Below are positions 25,956 to 37,385 of a stretch of 64,000 nt of DNA, in pieces (the first letter of the stretch is position 1; each line of letters begins with the position of its first letter). The DNA comes from Mobula hypostoma (Eukaryota). The translations under genes and the position numbers were made by a program. The notes beneath the pieces are model-generated. The model made no database searches. It was not told the DNA's origin and saw nothing but the letters and a program-made list of their open reading frames with translations. The DNA lies in the NCBI RefSeq assembly GCF_963921235.1, contig NC_086101.1:5954001-6018000 (forward strand), read 5' to 3'.

Positions 25956-26511
25956 AGTCTGGCCGCCTTGCCGTTGCCCCGCAGGGGGTCATGCCTTGTC
26001 TTGTCTTGTCCTCGCCTCCATGGGGTAAGTCAGGCCGTCTTGCTGTTGCCCCGTGGGGGTTCATGAGTCCAGGCCCTATGTCCTGTACCCAAGGAGGGGT
26101 CCCGACTCTGTGTTCTGTGTATGTGTCCATGGTTCCACGTAGCTGCTCTCCCAAGACCGAGGCTCTGTGTTCCCATGTTCATCCTCTCCCTAGCCCATGT
26201 CATGTCCTTGCCTGGTTCTGGGGTCCGAGGCCGAGGCAAGACCCAGGTACTGGGTCCTTGCCCAGTCCCTGGCTCGGAGTCCATACCGTAGCCTCTTCAA
26301 GTCGCCTCTAGTTCTGGGATCCGATTCCGAGTCCAAGGCCAGACCCTTGTCCCAGCCTAGTCGTCGTCCTGAGTCCTTGTCCGGTTCGTTATTCCTGCTC
26401 CTGCTTTGCTCTCCTGGTATCGAACAATAAACTCAATTTAATTAACCTCACAAGATGTGTCTTGCATTTGGGTCCACCCTTGCTCCCAATGCCCCCCGAC
26501 CGAATGTGACA
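25956..26511 (+). mobile_element. 3' part of a different LTR (Gypsy-like)
   Basis: Internally repetitive; AATAAA near 26426; TGCATTTGGGTCC and terminal TGTGACA resemble fish Gypsy LTR ends; unlike the ERV LTR. Confidence 0.55.
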
Positions 26512-27158
26512 CATAGTGGACTCACACCGGACTGTGGAGGCCTATGGGTTGCCCCAGGGAACTTCAGCACAGGCGACAGAACTTTTCCCCCTAACCCGAG
26601 CATGTATGCTGGCTAATAAGTGTCAGACAGCTAATGTATATGCGGACTCTGGCTACGCCTTTGGTGTGGTACATGATTTCAGACAAATATGGAAAAACAG
26701 GGGATTCATTACATCGGCGGGGAAATTCATCAAACATTCTCAGTCGTGCTGAATTTGCTGGAAGCTATTCAACTACCAAAGCAATTAGCGATTATTAAAT
26801 GTGGAGCTCACACTAGAGCCACAGATGAAATTTCCCAGGGAAATTCTCGTGCTGATGATGTTGCCGAGAGAGTAGCAGCCAGCCAGAAGCCAGTCTTACA
26901 AGCTTTCCGTACTTCCAGTGAACCCCTTGTCCCTGTCTTGGAGCCCTTTGAGTTGCAGGCTGCGCAGCAAAACTCTAGCTCACAAGAAAAACAAACATGG
27001 GAAAAAGTACAATGCTACTGTAGGGATGGATTTTGGTTTCACCCAGATGGGCGGGTAGTATGTCCAAGAACCCTGTTTTTGCCCCTGTGTCGCCTACTAT
27101 ATGCACAGGCACACATGGGCAAAGGAGAGATGCAGCATGCAATTGATCAGCAGTGGTA
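26512..27158 (+). pseudogene. pol: ERV pol: RNase H and start of integrase zinc finger
   Basis: TSAQATEL..ANVYADSGYAFGVVH..IIKCGAH..GNSRAD..AHMGK; frameshift near 26745. Confidence 0.88.
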
Positions 27159-28258
27159 CAGAAACATAGAAACATAGAAAATAAGTGCAGGAGTAGGCCA
27201 TTCGGCCCTTCGAGCCTGCACCGCCATTCAGTACGATCATGGCTGATCTTCCAACTCAGAACCCGATACCCGTCTTCTCTGCATACCCCCTGATCCCTTT
27301 AGCCACGAGGGCCTTATCTAACTCCCTCTTAAATATAGCCAAGGAACTGATTCATCACTCTCTGTGTGAAGTAGTTTTTCCTCATCTCAGTCCTAAAAGG
27401 CTTCCCCTTTATCCTCAAACTGTGACCCCTCGTTCTGGACTTCCCCAACATCGGGAACAATCTTCCTGCATCTAGCCTGTGCAATCCCTTTAGAATTTTA
27501 TACGTTTCAATCAGATCCCCCCTCAATCTTCTAAAATCCAGAGAGTATAAGCCTAGTCGATCCAGACTTTCATGATATGAAAGTCCTGCCATCCCAGGAA
27601 TCAATCTGGTGAACCTTCTTTGTACCCCCTCTATTGGCAAGAATGTCTTTCCTCAGATTAGGGAACCAAAACTGCACACAGTACACTAGGCGTGGTCTCA
27701 CCAAGGCCTTGTAAGACTGCAGTAGTACCTCCCTGCTCCTGTACGCGAATCCTCTCGCTATAAATGCCAGCATACCATTCACCTTTTTCACCGCCTGCTG
27801 TACCTGCATGCCCACTTTCAATGACTGGTGTACAATGACACCCAGGTCTCGTTGCACCTCCCCATTTCCTAATTGGCCACCATTCAGATAATAATCTGTT
27901 TTCCTGTTCTTGCCACCAAACTGGATAACCTCACATTTATCCACATTAAATTGCATCTGCCATGAATTTGCCCACTCACCCAACCTATCCAAGTCACCCT
28001 GCATCCTCTTAGCATCCTCCTCACAGCTAACACTGCCACCCAGCTTCATGTCATCCGCAAACTTGGAGATGCTGCATTTAATTCCCACGTCTAAGTCATT
28101 AATATATATTGTAAACAACTGGGGTCCCAGCACTGAGCCTTGCGGTACCCCACTAGTCACTGCCTGCCATTCTGAAAAGGTCCCGTTTATTCCCACTCTT
28201 TGCTTCCTGTCTGCCAACCAGTTCTCTATCCATATCAATACCATACCCTCAATACCCC
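27159..28258 (-). mobile_element. 5'-truncated CR1 LINE inserted in ERV integrase
   Basis: RT motifs [10 protein letters not shown] and FADD; microsatellite tail (AGAAACAT)n on the + strand; flanked by TGGTA duplication. Confidence 0.92.
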
Positions 28259-29137
28259 TGGTATAACCCTAGTCATACAAAATTTGTGCGATCTTGTCCC
28301 GTCTGTCAACAGTACAACCCAGGAAAGCAGGGAGCCACGTATGATCACTTTCCGATGCCTAAATTACCCTTTGAAAATCTGCAAATTGATTTCGCACACA
28401 TGTCCTCCGATCAGGATATAAGTGTATGCTGGTAATAGTGGACATGTTCACTCAATGGGTGGAAGCCTACCCTACTCGAAAAGATGATGCTAGGACGGTG
28501 GTGAAAATATTGTGGAAGGAAATAACACCTAGATGCGGATAAATAGTGACCGAGGTACCTATTTTACCAGCAGAATAGTAAAGGATTTAGTGCAGGCCAT
28601 GGGATTCCAATGGACATTTCATGTTCCCTATCAGCCTCAGTCATCGGGGATAGTGGAAAGGGTGAATAGGGAACTGAAAAATGCCTTGTCCAAAGTGTGT
28701 CAGGATAATAGCTTGTCATGGTCAGAAGCTCTCCCCATAGTGTTGAATTCAATGCAAAATAGAAAGAATAGAGCTACAGGAGTGACGCCTCATGGGACGC
28801 TGAATGACCACAAGGGCCAGACCCCCAGTATGTGCCGAAAAATTGGCTCTGATATGGAATGATGAGCAAACTCTGGCCTATGCACAGGCCATGTGTGAAA
28901 CAGCGGCTGAACTGCATGGGAGGATGAGACAGGCACAGGCCCCTGTTGGAGATGCCCCCATACATGCATTGCAACCAGGACACCAAGTATATGTAAAAAT
29001 TTTAAACAGAGATTCTCTTTCTCCTAGGTGGAAAGGACCTTACACTGTGCTGCTACCCACCCAGATGGCCCTGAGAGTAGACGGAAAAGAAGATTGGGTT
29101 CCTGCAGCTAGATGCAGAAAACATCACCCGTCGAAAG
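28259..29137 (+). pseudogene. pol: ERV pol: integrase core and C-terminal GPY region
   Basis: CPVC..LQIDF..VDMFTQWVEAYP..SDRGTYF..PQSSGIVERVN..PRWKGPY; several frameshifts. Confidence 0.9.
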
Positions 29138-31179
29138 TGTGCCACGCGGCAGTGAGAGTAGGAATGGAATGAGATGGAGGATAAATGTGTGGCAGAGGGA
29201 TTGGAGCAGGGGGCAGGGATTCAAGTTTTTGGATCATTGGGACCTCATTTGGCGCAGGTGTGACCTGTACAAAAAGTACGGATTGCACTTGAATCCTAGG
29301 GGGGGCCAATATCCTGGCGGGGAGATTTGCGAAGGCTACTGAGGAGACTTTAAGCTAGAATGGTTTGGAAGTGGGAATCAAATTGAAGAGACTAGGAGAG
29401 AGGAGGTTAGTTCGTAAATAGAGAAAGCTAGTAGACAGTGTGTGAGGGAGGATAGGCAGGGGACAGAGATCGGGAGCACTCAGACCGAAGACGTAGGGCA
29501 CAAGGAAGAAAACAATAACAAAGTTGTTTGCACCATTAGGGATAAACAGAGAGTAAGAGGTGGAGAGTTTCTTAAATGCATCTATTTTAATGTTAGGAGC
29601 ATTGTAAGAAAGATGGATGAGTTTAGAGCATGGATTGATACCTGGAAATATGATGTTGTAGCTTTAGTGAAACATGGTTGTGGGAGGGGTGTGATTGGCA
29701 ACTAAATATTCCTGGATTTCATTGCTTCAGGTGTGATAGAATCAGAGGGGCAAGAGGGGGAGGTGTTGCATTGCCTGTCAGAGAAAATACAACAGTGGTG
29801 CTCTGGCAGGATAGATTAGAGGGCTCATCTGGGGAGACTATTTGGGTGGAATTGAGGAATGGGAAAGGTGTAGTAACGCTTATAGGGGTGTATTATAGAC
29901 CACTTAATGGGGACCGAGAATTGGAGGAGCAAATTTGTAAGGAGATAGCAGATATTTGTAGTAAGCACAAGATTGTGATTGTGGGAGATTTTAATCTTCC
30001 ACACATTGACTGGGAAACCCATTCTGTAAAAGGGCTGGATGGTTTGGAGTTTATAAAATGTGTGCAAGATGGTTTTTTGCAGCAATACATAGAGATACCA
30101 ACTAGAAAAGGGGCAGTGTTGGATCTCCTGTTCGGGAATGAGATAGGGCAGGTGATGGGGGTATGTGTTGGGGAGCCTTCGGGTCCAGTGATCACAATAC
30201 CATTAGTTTCAATATAATTCTGGAGAAGGATAGGACTGGACCCAGGGTTGAGATTTTTGATTGGAGAAAGGCTAACTTTGAGGAGATGCGAAAGCATTTA
30301 GAAGGAGTGGATTGGGACAACTTGTTTTATGGGAAGGATGTAATAGACAAATGGAGGTCATTTAAAGGTGAAATTTTGAGGGTACAGGATCTTTATGTTC
30401 CTGTTAGGTTGAAAGCAAAGGTTACAAGTTTGAGAGAGCCATGGTATTCATGCGATATCAGAAGCTTGGTTCGGCAAAAGAGAAAGATCTACAATAAATA
30501 TAGGCAGCTTGGAGCAAATGACCTGCTTGAGGAATATAAAGAATGTGAAAAGAATCTTAAGAAAGAAATTAGAAAAGCTGAAAGAAGATATGAGGCTGCT
30601 TTGGCAAGTAAGGTGAAAATAAATCCAAAGGGTTCCTATAGTTATATTAATAGCAAAAGGATAGTGAGGGATAAAATTGGTCCCTTAGAAAATCAGAGTG
30701 GATGGCTATGTGTGGAGCCAAAAGAGATGGGGTTGATTTTGAACAATTTCTTTTCTTTGGTATTCACTAAGGAGAAAGATATTCAATTGTGTAAGGTAAG
30801 GGAAACAAGAAGGGTAGTTATGGAAAGTATAATGATTAAAGAGGAGGAAGTACTGGTGCTTTTAGGGAATATAAAAGTGGATAAGTCTCCGGGTCCGGAC
30901 AGGATATTCCCTTGGACCTTGAGGGAAGTTAGTGTGGAAATAGCAGGGGCTCTGACAGAAATATTTCAACTGTCATTAGAAACGGGGATTGTGCTGGAGG
31001 ACTGGCGTATTGCTCATATTGTTCCACTGTTTAAAAAGGGTTCTAAGAGTAAACCTAGCAATTATCGGCCTGTGAGTTTGACATCAGTGGTGGGTAAATT
31101 GATGGAAAGTATTCTTAGAGATGGTATATGTAATTATCTGTATAGACAGGGTCTGATTAGGAACAGTCAATATGGATTT

Positions 31180-31842
31180 AGATTAGATTATGAGGACACG
31201 CAGTCGTCTTTTATTGTCATTTAGTATTGCATGCATTAAGAAATGAAACAATGTTCCTCCAGTATGATATCACAAGGCAGACCAAAACTGGAAAACTGAC
31301 AAAACCACATAATTATAACATATAGTTACAAAAGTGCAAAGCAGTACCGTAATTTGATGAAGAACAGACCATGGGCACAGTAAAAAAAAAGGCTCAAAGT
31401 CTCTCGAAAGTCCCATCATCTCACACAGACGGTAAAAGGAAGAAAACTCTCCCTGCCATGAACCTCCAGCTCCGCAGACTTGCCGATGCAGCACCTGGAA
31501 GCACCCGACCACAGCCGACTGTTGAGTCCGTCCGAAAACTTCGAGCTTCCGACCAGCCTTCCAACACCGAGCAACGAGCACCATTTCTGCCAAGCGCCTC
31601 GAGCCTGGCCCCATCTGCCAAGTAACAGGCAAAGCCATGGATTTTGGGGCCTTCCCCTCCGAGATTCTTGATCGCACAGTAGCAGCGGCTCAGAAGTTTC
31701 TCCAGATGTTTCTCCATACTTCTCAGGTCTGTCTCCATCAAATCAGGATTGTGCACAGAATCCTACTTAACAAATACAGATATCATGCCGGAGTGGCAGC
31801 GGGCGCTGTGTCGCGCCGCCATCTTCTTTTCAATTCACTTCC
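31180..31842 (-). mobile_element. Non-autonomous retroposon nested in CR1
   Basis: Interrupts CR1 at ATGGATTT/TTTGTGCG; 5' AAGATGGCGGCG, 3' AATAAA plus short (TAATC)n tail on the minus strand; no RT coding. Confidence 0.6.
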
Positions 31843-31976
31843 TTTGTGCGTGGAAGGTCATGTTTGACAAATCTTATTGAATTTTTTGATGAGGTTACGA
31901 GGAAAGTTGACGAGGGCAAAGCGATGAATGTTCTCTGTATGGACTTCAGTAAGGCCTTTGACAAGGTTCCACACGG

Positions 31977-33546
31977 CAGACCATAAGACAAAGGAGCAGA
32001 AGTCGACCATTCGGCCCATTGAGTCTGCTCCGCCATTTTATCATGAGCTGATCCATCCTCCCATTTAGTCCCACTCCCCCGCCTTCTCACCATAACCTTT
32101 GATGCCCTGGCTACTCAGATACCTATCAATCTCTGCCTTAAATACACCCAATGACTTGGCCTCCACTGCTGCCCGTGGCAACAAATTCCATAGATTCACC
32201 ACCCTCTGACTAAAAAAAATTCTTCGCATTTCTGTTCTAAATGGGTGCCCTTCAATCCTTAAGTCATGCCCTCTCGTACTAGACTCCCCCATCATGGGAA
32301 ACAACTTTGCCACATCCACTCTGTCCATGCCTTTCAACATTCAAAATGTTTCTATAAGGTCTCCCCTCGTTCTTCTAAATGCCAAGGAATACAGTCCAAG
32401 AGCGGACAAACGTTCCTCATATGCTAACCCTCTCATTCCCAGAATCATTCCTCATCAGCACATCCTTTCTTAAATAAGGAGACCAAAACTGCCCACAGTA
32501 CTCCAAGTGAGGTCTCACCAGCGCCTTATAGAGCCTCAACATCACATCCCTGCTCCGATACTCTATTCCTCTAGAAATCAATGCCAACATTGCATTCGCC
32601 TTCTTCACCACCGACTCAACCTGGAGGTTAACCTTAAGGGTATCCTGTACAAGGACTCCCAAGTCCCGTTGCATCTCAGAACTTTGAATTCTTTCCCCAT
32701 TTAAATAAGTCTGCCCGTTTATTACTTCTGCCAGTGTACTTCATTTGCCACTTCTTTGCCCATTCTTCCAATCTATCCAAGTCTCTCTGCAGACTCTCCA
32801 TTTCCTCAGCACTACCGGCCCCTCCACCTATCTTTGTATCGTCAGCAAACTTAGCCACAAAGCCATCTATTCCATAATCCAAATCATTGATGTACAATGT
32901 AAAAAGAAGCGGCCCCAACACAGACCCCTGTGGAACACCACTGGTAACCGGCAGCCAACCAGAAAAGGATCCCTTTATTCCCACTCTCTGTTTCTTGCCA
33001 ATCAGCCAACGCTCTATCCACGTATGTGACTTTCCTGTAATTCCATGGGTTCTTATCTTGTTAAGTAGCCTCATGTGTGCCACCTTGTCAAAGGCCTTCT
33101 GAAAATCCAAATATGCAACATCCACTGCATCTCCCTTGTCTAGCCTACTGGTAATTTCCTCAAAAAATTGTAATAGGTTTGTCAGGCAGGATTCTCCTTT
33201 AAGGAATCCATGCTGAGTTCTGCCTATCTTGTCATATGCCTCCAGGTCCTCTGTAACCTCATCCTTGACAATCGACTCCAACAACTTCCCAGCGACCAAT
33301 GTCAAGCTAACAGGTCTATAATTTCCTTTTTGCTTCCTTGCCCCCTTCTTAAATAGCGGAGTGACATTTGCAATCTTCCAGTCCTCTGGAACCATGTCAG
33401 AATCTATTGAGTTTTGAAAGATCATCGCTAATGCCTCTGCAATCTCCACAGCTACTTCCTTCAGAACACGCGGGTGCATTCCATCTGGTCCGGGAGATTT
33501 ATCTACCTTTACACTATTCAGCTTTCTGAGTACTTTCTCTGTCGTA
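31977..33546 (-). mobile_element. 5'-truncated CR1 nested in opposite orientation in CR1
   Basis: ORF 32676-33479 has YRPVSL, DFQKAFDKV and FADD; the host CR1 resumes at 33547. Confidence 0.9.
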
Positions 33547-34729
33547 AAGGTTAGTTAGGAAGGTTCAATCATTAGGTATTAATATTGAAGTAGTAAAATA
33601 GATTCAGCAGTGGCTGGATGGGAGACGCCGGAGAGTAGTGGTGGATAACTGTGTGTCAGATTGGAGGATGGTGTCTAGTGGTGTGCCTCAGGGATCTGTA
33701 CTGGGTCCAATGTTGTTTGTCTGGATGATGAGGTGGTAAATTGGATTAGTAAGTATGCAGATACTAAGATAGGAGGAGTTGTGGATAATGAAGTAGGTTT
33801 TCAAAGCTTGCAGAGAGATTCAGACCACTTAGAAGAGCGGGCTGAAAGATGGCAGATGGAGTTTAATGCTGATAAATGAGAGATGCTACATTTTGGTAGG
33901 ACTAATCAAAATAGGACATACATGGTAAATGGTAGGGCATTGAATAATGCAGTAGACCAGAGGGATCTAGGAATAATGGTGCATAGTTCCTTGAAGGTGG
34001 AATCTCATGTGGATAGGGTGGTGAAGAAAGCTTTTGGTATGCTGGCCTTTATAAATCAGAGCATTGAGTATAGGAGTTGGGATGCAAAGTTGAAATTGTA
34101 TAAGTCATTGGTAAGGCCAAACTTGGAGTATTGTCTACAGTTCTGGTCACCGAATTATAGGAAAGATGTCAATAAAATTGAGAGAGTATAGAGGAGATTT
34201 ACTAGAATGTTGCCTGGGTTTCATCTCCTAAGTTACAGAGAAAGGTTGAACAAGTTGTGTCTTTATTCTTTGGAGCGTAAAAGGTTGAGGGGTGACTTGA
34301 TAGAGGTATTTAAAATTATGAGGGGGATTGATAGAGTTGACGTGGATAGGCTTTTTCCGTTGAGACTGGGGGAGATTCAAACAAGAGGACATGAGTTGAG
34401 AGTTAAAGAGCAAAAGATTAGGGGTAACATGAGAGGGAACTTCTTTACTCAGAGAGTGGTAGCTGTGTGGAACGAGCTTCCAGCAGAAGTGGTTGAGGCA
34501 GGTTCGATGTTGTCATTTAAAGTTAAATTGGATAGATATTTGGAGAGGAAAGGAATGGAGGGTTATGGGCTGAGTGCAGGTCAGGGGGACTAGGTGAGAG
34601 TAAGAGTTCGGCACGGACTAGAAGGGCCGAGATGGCCTGTTTCCATGCTGTAATTGTTATATGGTTATATGGAAAGCGGAAAGCTGCAGGGCAAATGAAT
34701 CAACTAGCAACTAAGAACCAGCGGAGTCA

Positions 34730-36115
34730 GAATGGACCGAAGATGCATTAGATTGGAGGTGGGGGGTTGGTGTACATGGGAGGAATTATTCAGATTGCGA
34801 GCAGTAGTCACTCTGATACCTTTTTATCCTTTTGTCTTACCTATGCTCAGCAGGTAAAGCAGGGAGCCTGTTGGGTATGTGCTTAAGTACCGCAGCATGG
34901 GAAAACCATGGTACCTCTTGTCCATGATTCCCTTCACCCAAAATGAGACTGATACTATTCCTCTGTTTCAGGTGTATGGTAATGGAATAAAATGGGGTGG
35001 AAACTGTTCTGAAACAAGAAATCCAAGAAGGAATCAATGCTACCCCTATTGTTTTGAGGGATGGTACCTCCGGCCAACCCCGAGGCATCTCTCAAAATTG
35101 AAACTTGGAATTAAAATAGATCCCTCCTCTGAGCCGGTGGATGCCACTTGTTATTGTAATCATAACTCTAGTGCCCCTCATCAACTGGGCAATAGCAGCT
35201 GTACCGTCTTTACCACTGCCGACCCTCCCCGACCATAAGTGGCACTTACTGGGTGTGTGGGAGCAGGGCAGACCCCTGGCTCCCAGGAGAGCCTGCTGAT
35301 ATTTTAAAATTGTCTTAATAAGGAATGGAGTGTGTGCTGCTATTTAGCGTATGTAGTGCCTCATTTAAGGGTTATAGATCATCCCAGGGAACACTCTCAT
35401 TAGACTAGGACAAGAAGGGGCAAATCAGAGGCAGAACGATTCAGGATGCTAATGTTTCCTAGCTATGGAGTGGGTCGGACCGCCACAGAAATAATTAAAT
35501 TAGCTGCTGCCCTAGAATGATTAGCTAATAACACTACTGACGCTCTGGAAGAAACTCCGTCCCAAGTGTATGACTTGACCACTGAGATGATTGCCATACG
35601 GCAGACCGTTTTGCAAAATCTAATGGCCCCTGACTTTACATTGGCTGAAAAAAGGGGGAACTGATGCTATGATAGGGAAAGAATGTTGTACCTACATCCC
35701 TGATGTTTCAGAAAATATAACTGACTTGAACTAGCACGTAATGGAAAAGGTTGTGGAAATGAGGAAAATGGGAGAACAATTTGAAAAAATTAATAGCGGA
35801 GGATACTAGTGGGAAGGGCTATAGGAATAGTTTCCCGGATGGGGAAAATGGGTCATGCATGGAATTATAATAGTGACTGTGGTATGTATGTTGGGGTATT
35901 GTGTATGTGGGTTTTTAAGGTTGGGCTGTAGTCAGTTGATAAAAGGGACTTTGACAAGCCCTCAGGTACCGGTGGTGTCCCAGATGATGAACTACAAACC
36001 AAGTACAGAACACTGGTGGGGCAGAAAGGTGTACTCTGGAAAGGAAAGACCCTTCCCCTATGGATATGAATCCCCTTATGAGGAAGAGGAGGAATTACCA
36101 TGTGAGGAATGTTGA
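34730..36115 (+). pseudogene. env: ERV env (gamma-type), degenerate
   Basis: CWVC (34869-34880), GTYWVCG..PWLP, RTRR furin site (35407-35418), ISD-like LQNLMAPDFTLAE..IGKECCTYIPD, TM GIIIVTVVCMLGYCVC; stops and frameshifts. Confidence 0.88.
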
Positions 36116-36142
36116 TCTAAAATAGATCAACAAGGAGGGAAC

Positions 36143-36620
36143 TGTGGAAGAAATTTTGTTACTAGCTAGATACTAAGGGGTTAAAGAGTTTTTTTTAACA
36201 GCAGCCTTAAAGTGCTCCTGAAGGACTGCTAAATGACTAAACTAGCCTGAAAAGGAGTAATCAAAGCAAAATCACGTGATGTTCTGTTTCTTCTTTAGTT
36301 GTACTATGTAATTGTTCTTGCTTCAAGGCCTTTGAATAGATAAGGAAATAGTAACTTAATTATACCTTTTTCTGTACTGTGCTAAGACATGATTATTGAG
36401 CAAAGGATTATCTGCTTGCATGCTGTATTTCACAAACATGCTTGGAAGCTTTTGATAACATACACTATGTCTATATAACGAGAAAAGTCTGTGTACTCAG
36501 GCAGAGTCTCAAGAACTCTGCTTTAAGAGTTTGAGCTCTCCATGATACGTATCATGTTATAATAAAGACTTTCAAAAGCGATCTCCCTTCGTGTCCGAGT
36601 ACAGTAATACCGTTTCCACA
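36143..36620 (+). mobile_element. ERV 3' LTR (478 bp)
   Basis: Follows PPT AAGGAGGGAA; terminal inverted repeats TGTGGAA..TTCCACA; TATATAA at 36472; AATAAA at 36561. Confidence 0.88.
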
Positions 36621-37385
36621 ACATGTTCCTATGTCACATCTTTCTATTGATTTAATGCCATTCTTTACCAGAGGAGCCACACCACCCCCTCTGCCTACCT
36701 TCCTATCACTCCGATATAATGTGTAACCTTGGACATTCAGCTCCCAACTACAGACATTATTCAGTGATGGCCACGATATCATACCTGGCAATCTGTAATA
36801 TTGCAACAAGATTATCCACCTTATTTCATAGAAACATAGAAAACCTACAGCACAATACAGGCCCTTCCGCCCACAAAGTTGTGCCGAACATGTCCTTACC
36901 TTAGAAATTACTAGGGTTACCCATAGCCCTCTATTTTTCTAAGCTCCATGTACCTTTCCAAAAATCTCTTAAAAGACCCTATTGTATCCACCTCCACCCC
37001 CGTTGCTGGCAGCCCATTCCACACACTCAGCACGCTGAGTAAAAAACTTATCCCTGACATCTCCTTTGTACCTACTCCCCAGCATCCTAAACCTGTGCCC
37101 TCTTGTGGCAGCTATTTCAGCCCTGGGAAAAAGCCTCTGACTATCCACACGATCAATGCCTCTCATCATCTTATACACCTCTATCAGGTCACCTCTCATC
37201 CTCTGTCGCTCCAAGGAGAAAAGACCGAGTTCACTCCACCTATCTTCATAAGGCATTCTCCCCAATCCAGGCAACATCCTTGTAAATCTGCTCTGCATCC
37301 TTTCTATGGATTCTACATCCTTCCTGTAGTGAGGTGACCAGAACTGAGCACAGTACTCCAAGTGGGGTCTGACCAGGGTCCTATT
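36621..37385 (-). mobile_element. Two CR1 fragments flanking the LTR
   Basis: Endonuclease fragment 36621-36826, then a CR1 3' end (EYCAQFWSP..RRMRGDL-like) with microsatellite tail. Confidence 0.8.

Larger units (their letters stand above)
29138..34671 (+). mobile_element. CR1 LINE (ORF1 end + degenerate ORF2) with two nested insertions
   Basis: APE motifs (VGDFN, SSDH) and RT; tail GTTATATG repeats; flanked by GAAAG duplication. Confidence 0.9.
26512..36620 (+). mobile_element. Endogenous retrovirus (class I, probably epsilon-like), 3' half, interrupted by CR1 insertions
   Basis: Collinear RNase H, integrase, env, PPT and TG..CA LTR once the insertions at 27159-28258 and 29138-34671 are removed. 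Confidence 0.9.

Noticed and set aside
25956..26511. 5' LTR of the ERV
   Set aside because: No similarity to 36143-36620, no PBS or gag follows, and it abuts mid-RNase H
34730..36115. Co-opted syncytin-like env
   Set aside because: Multiple in-frame stops and frameshifts
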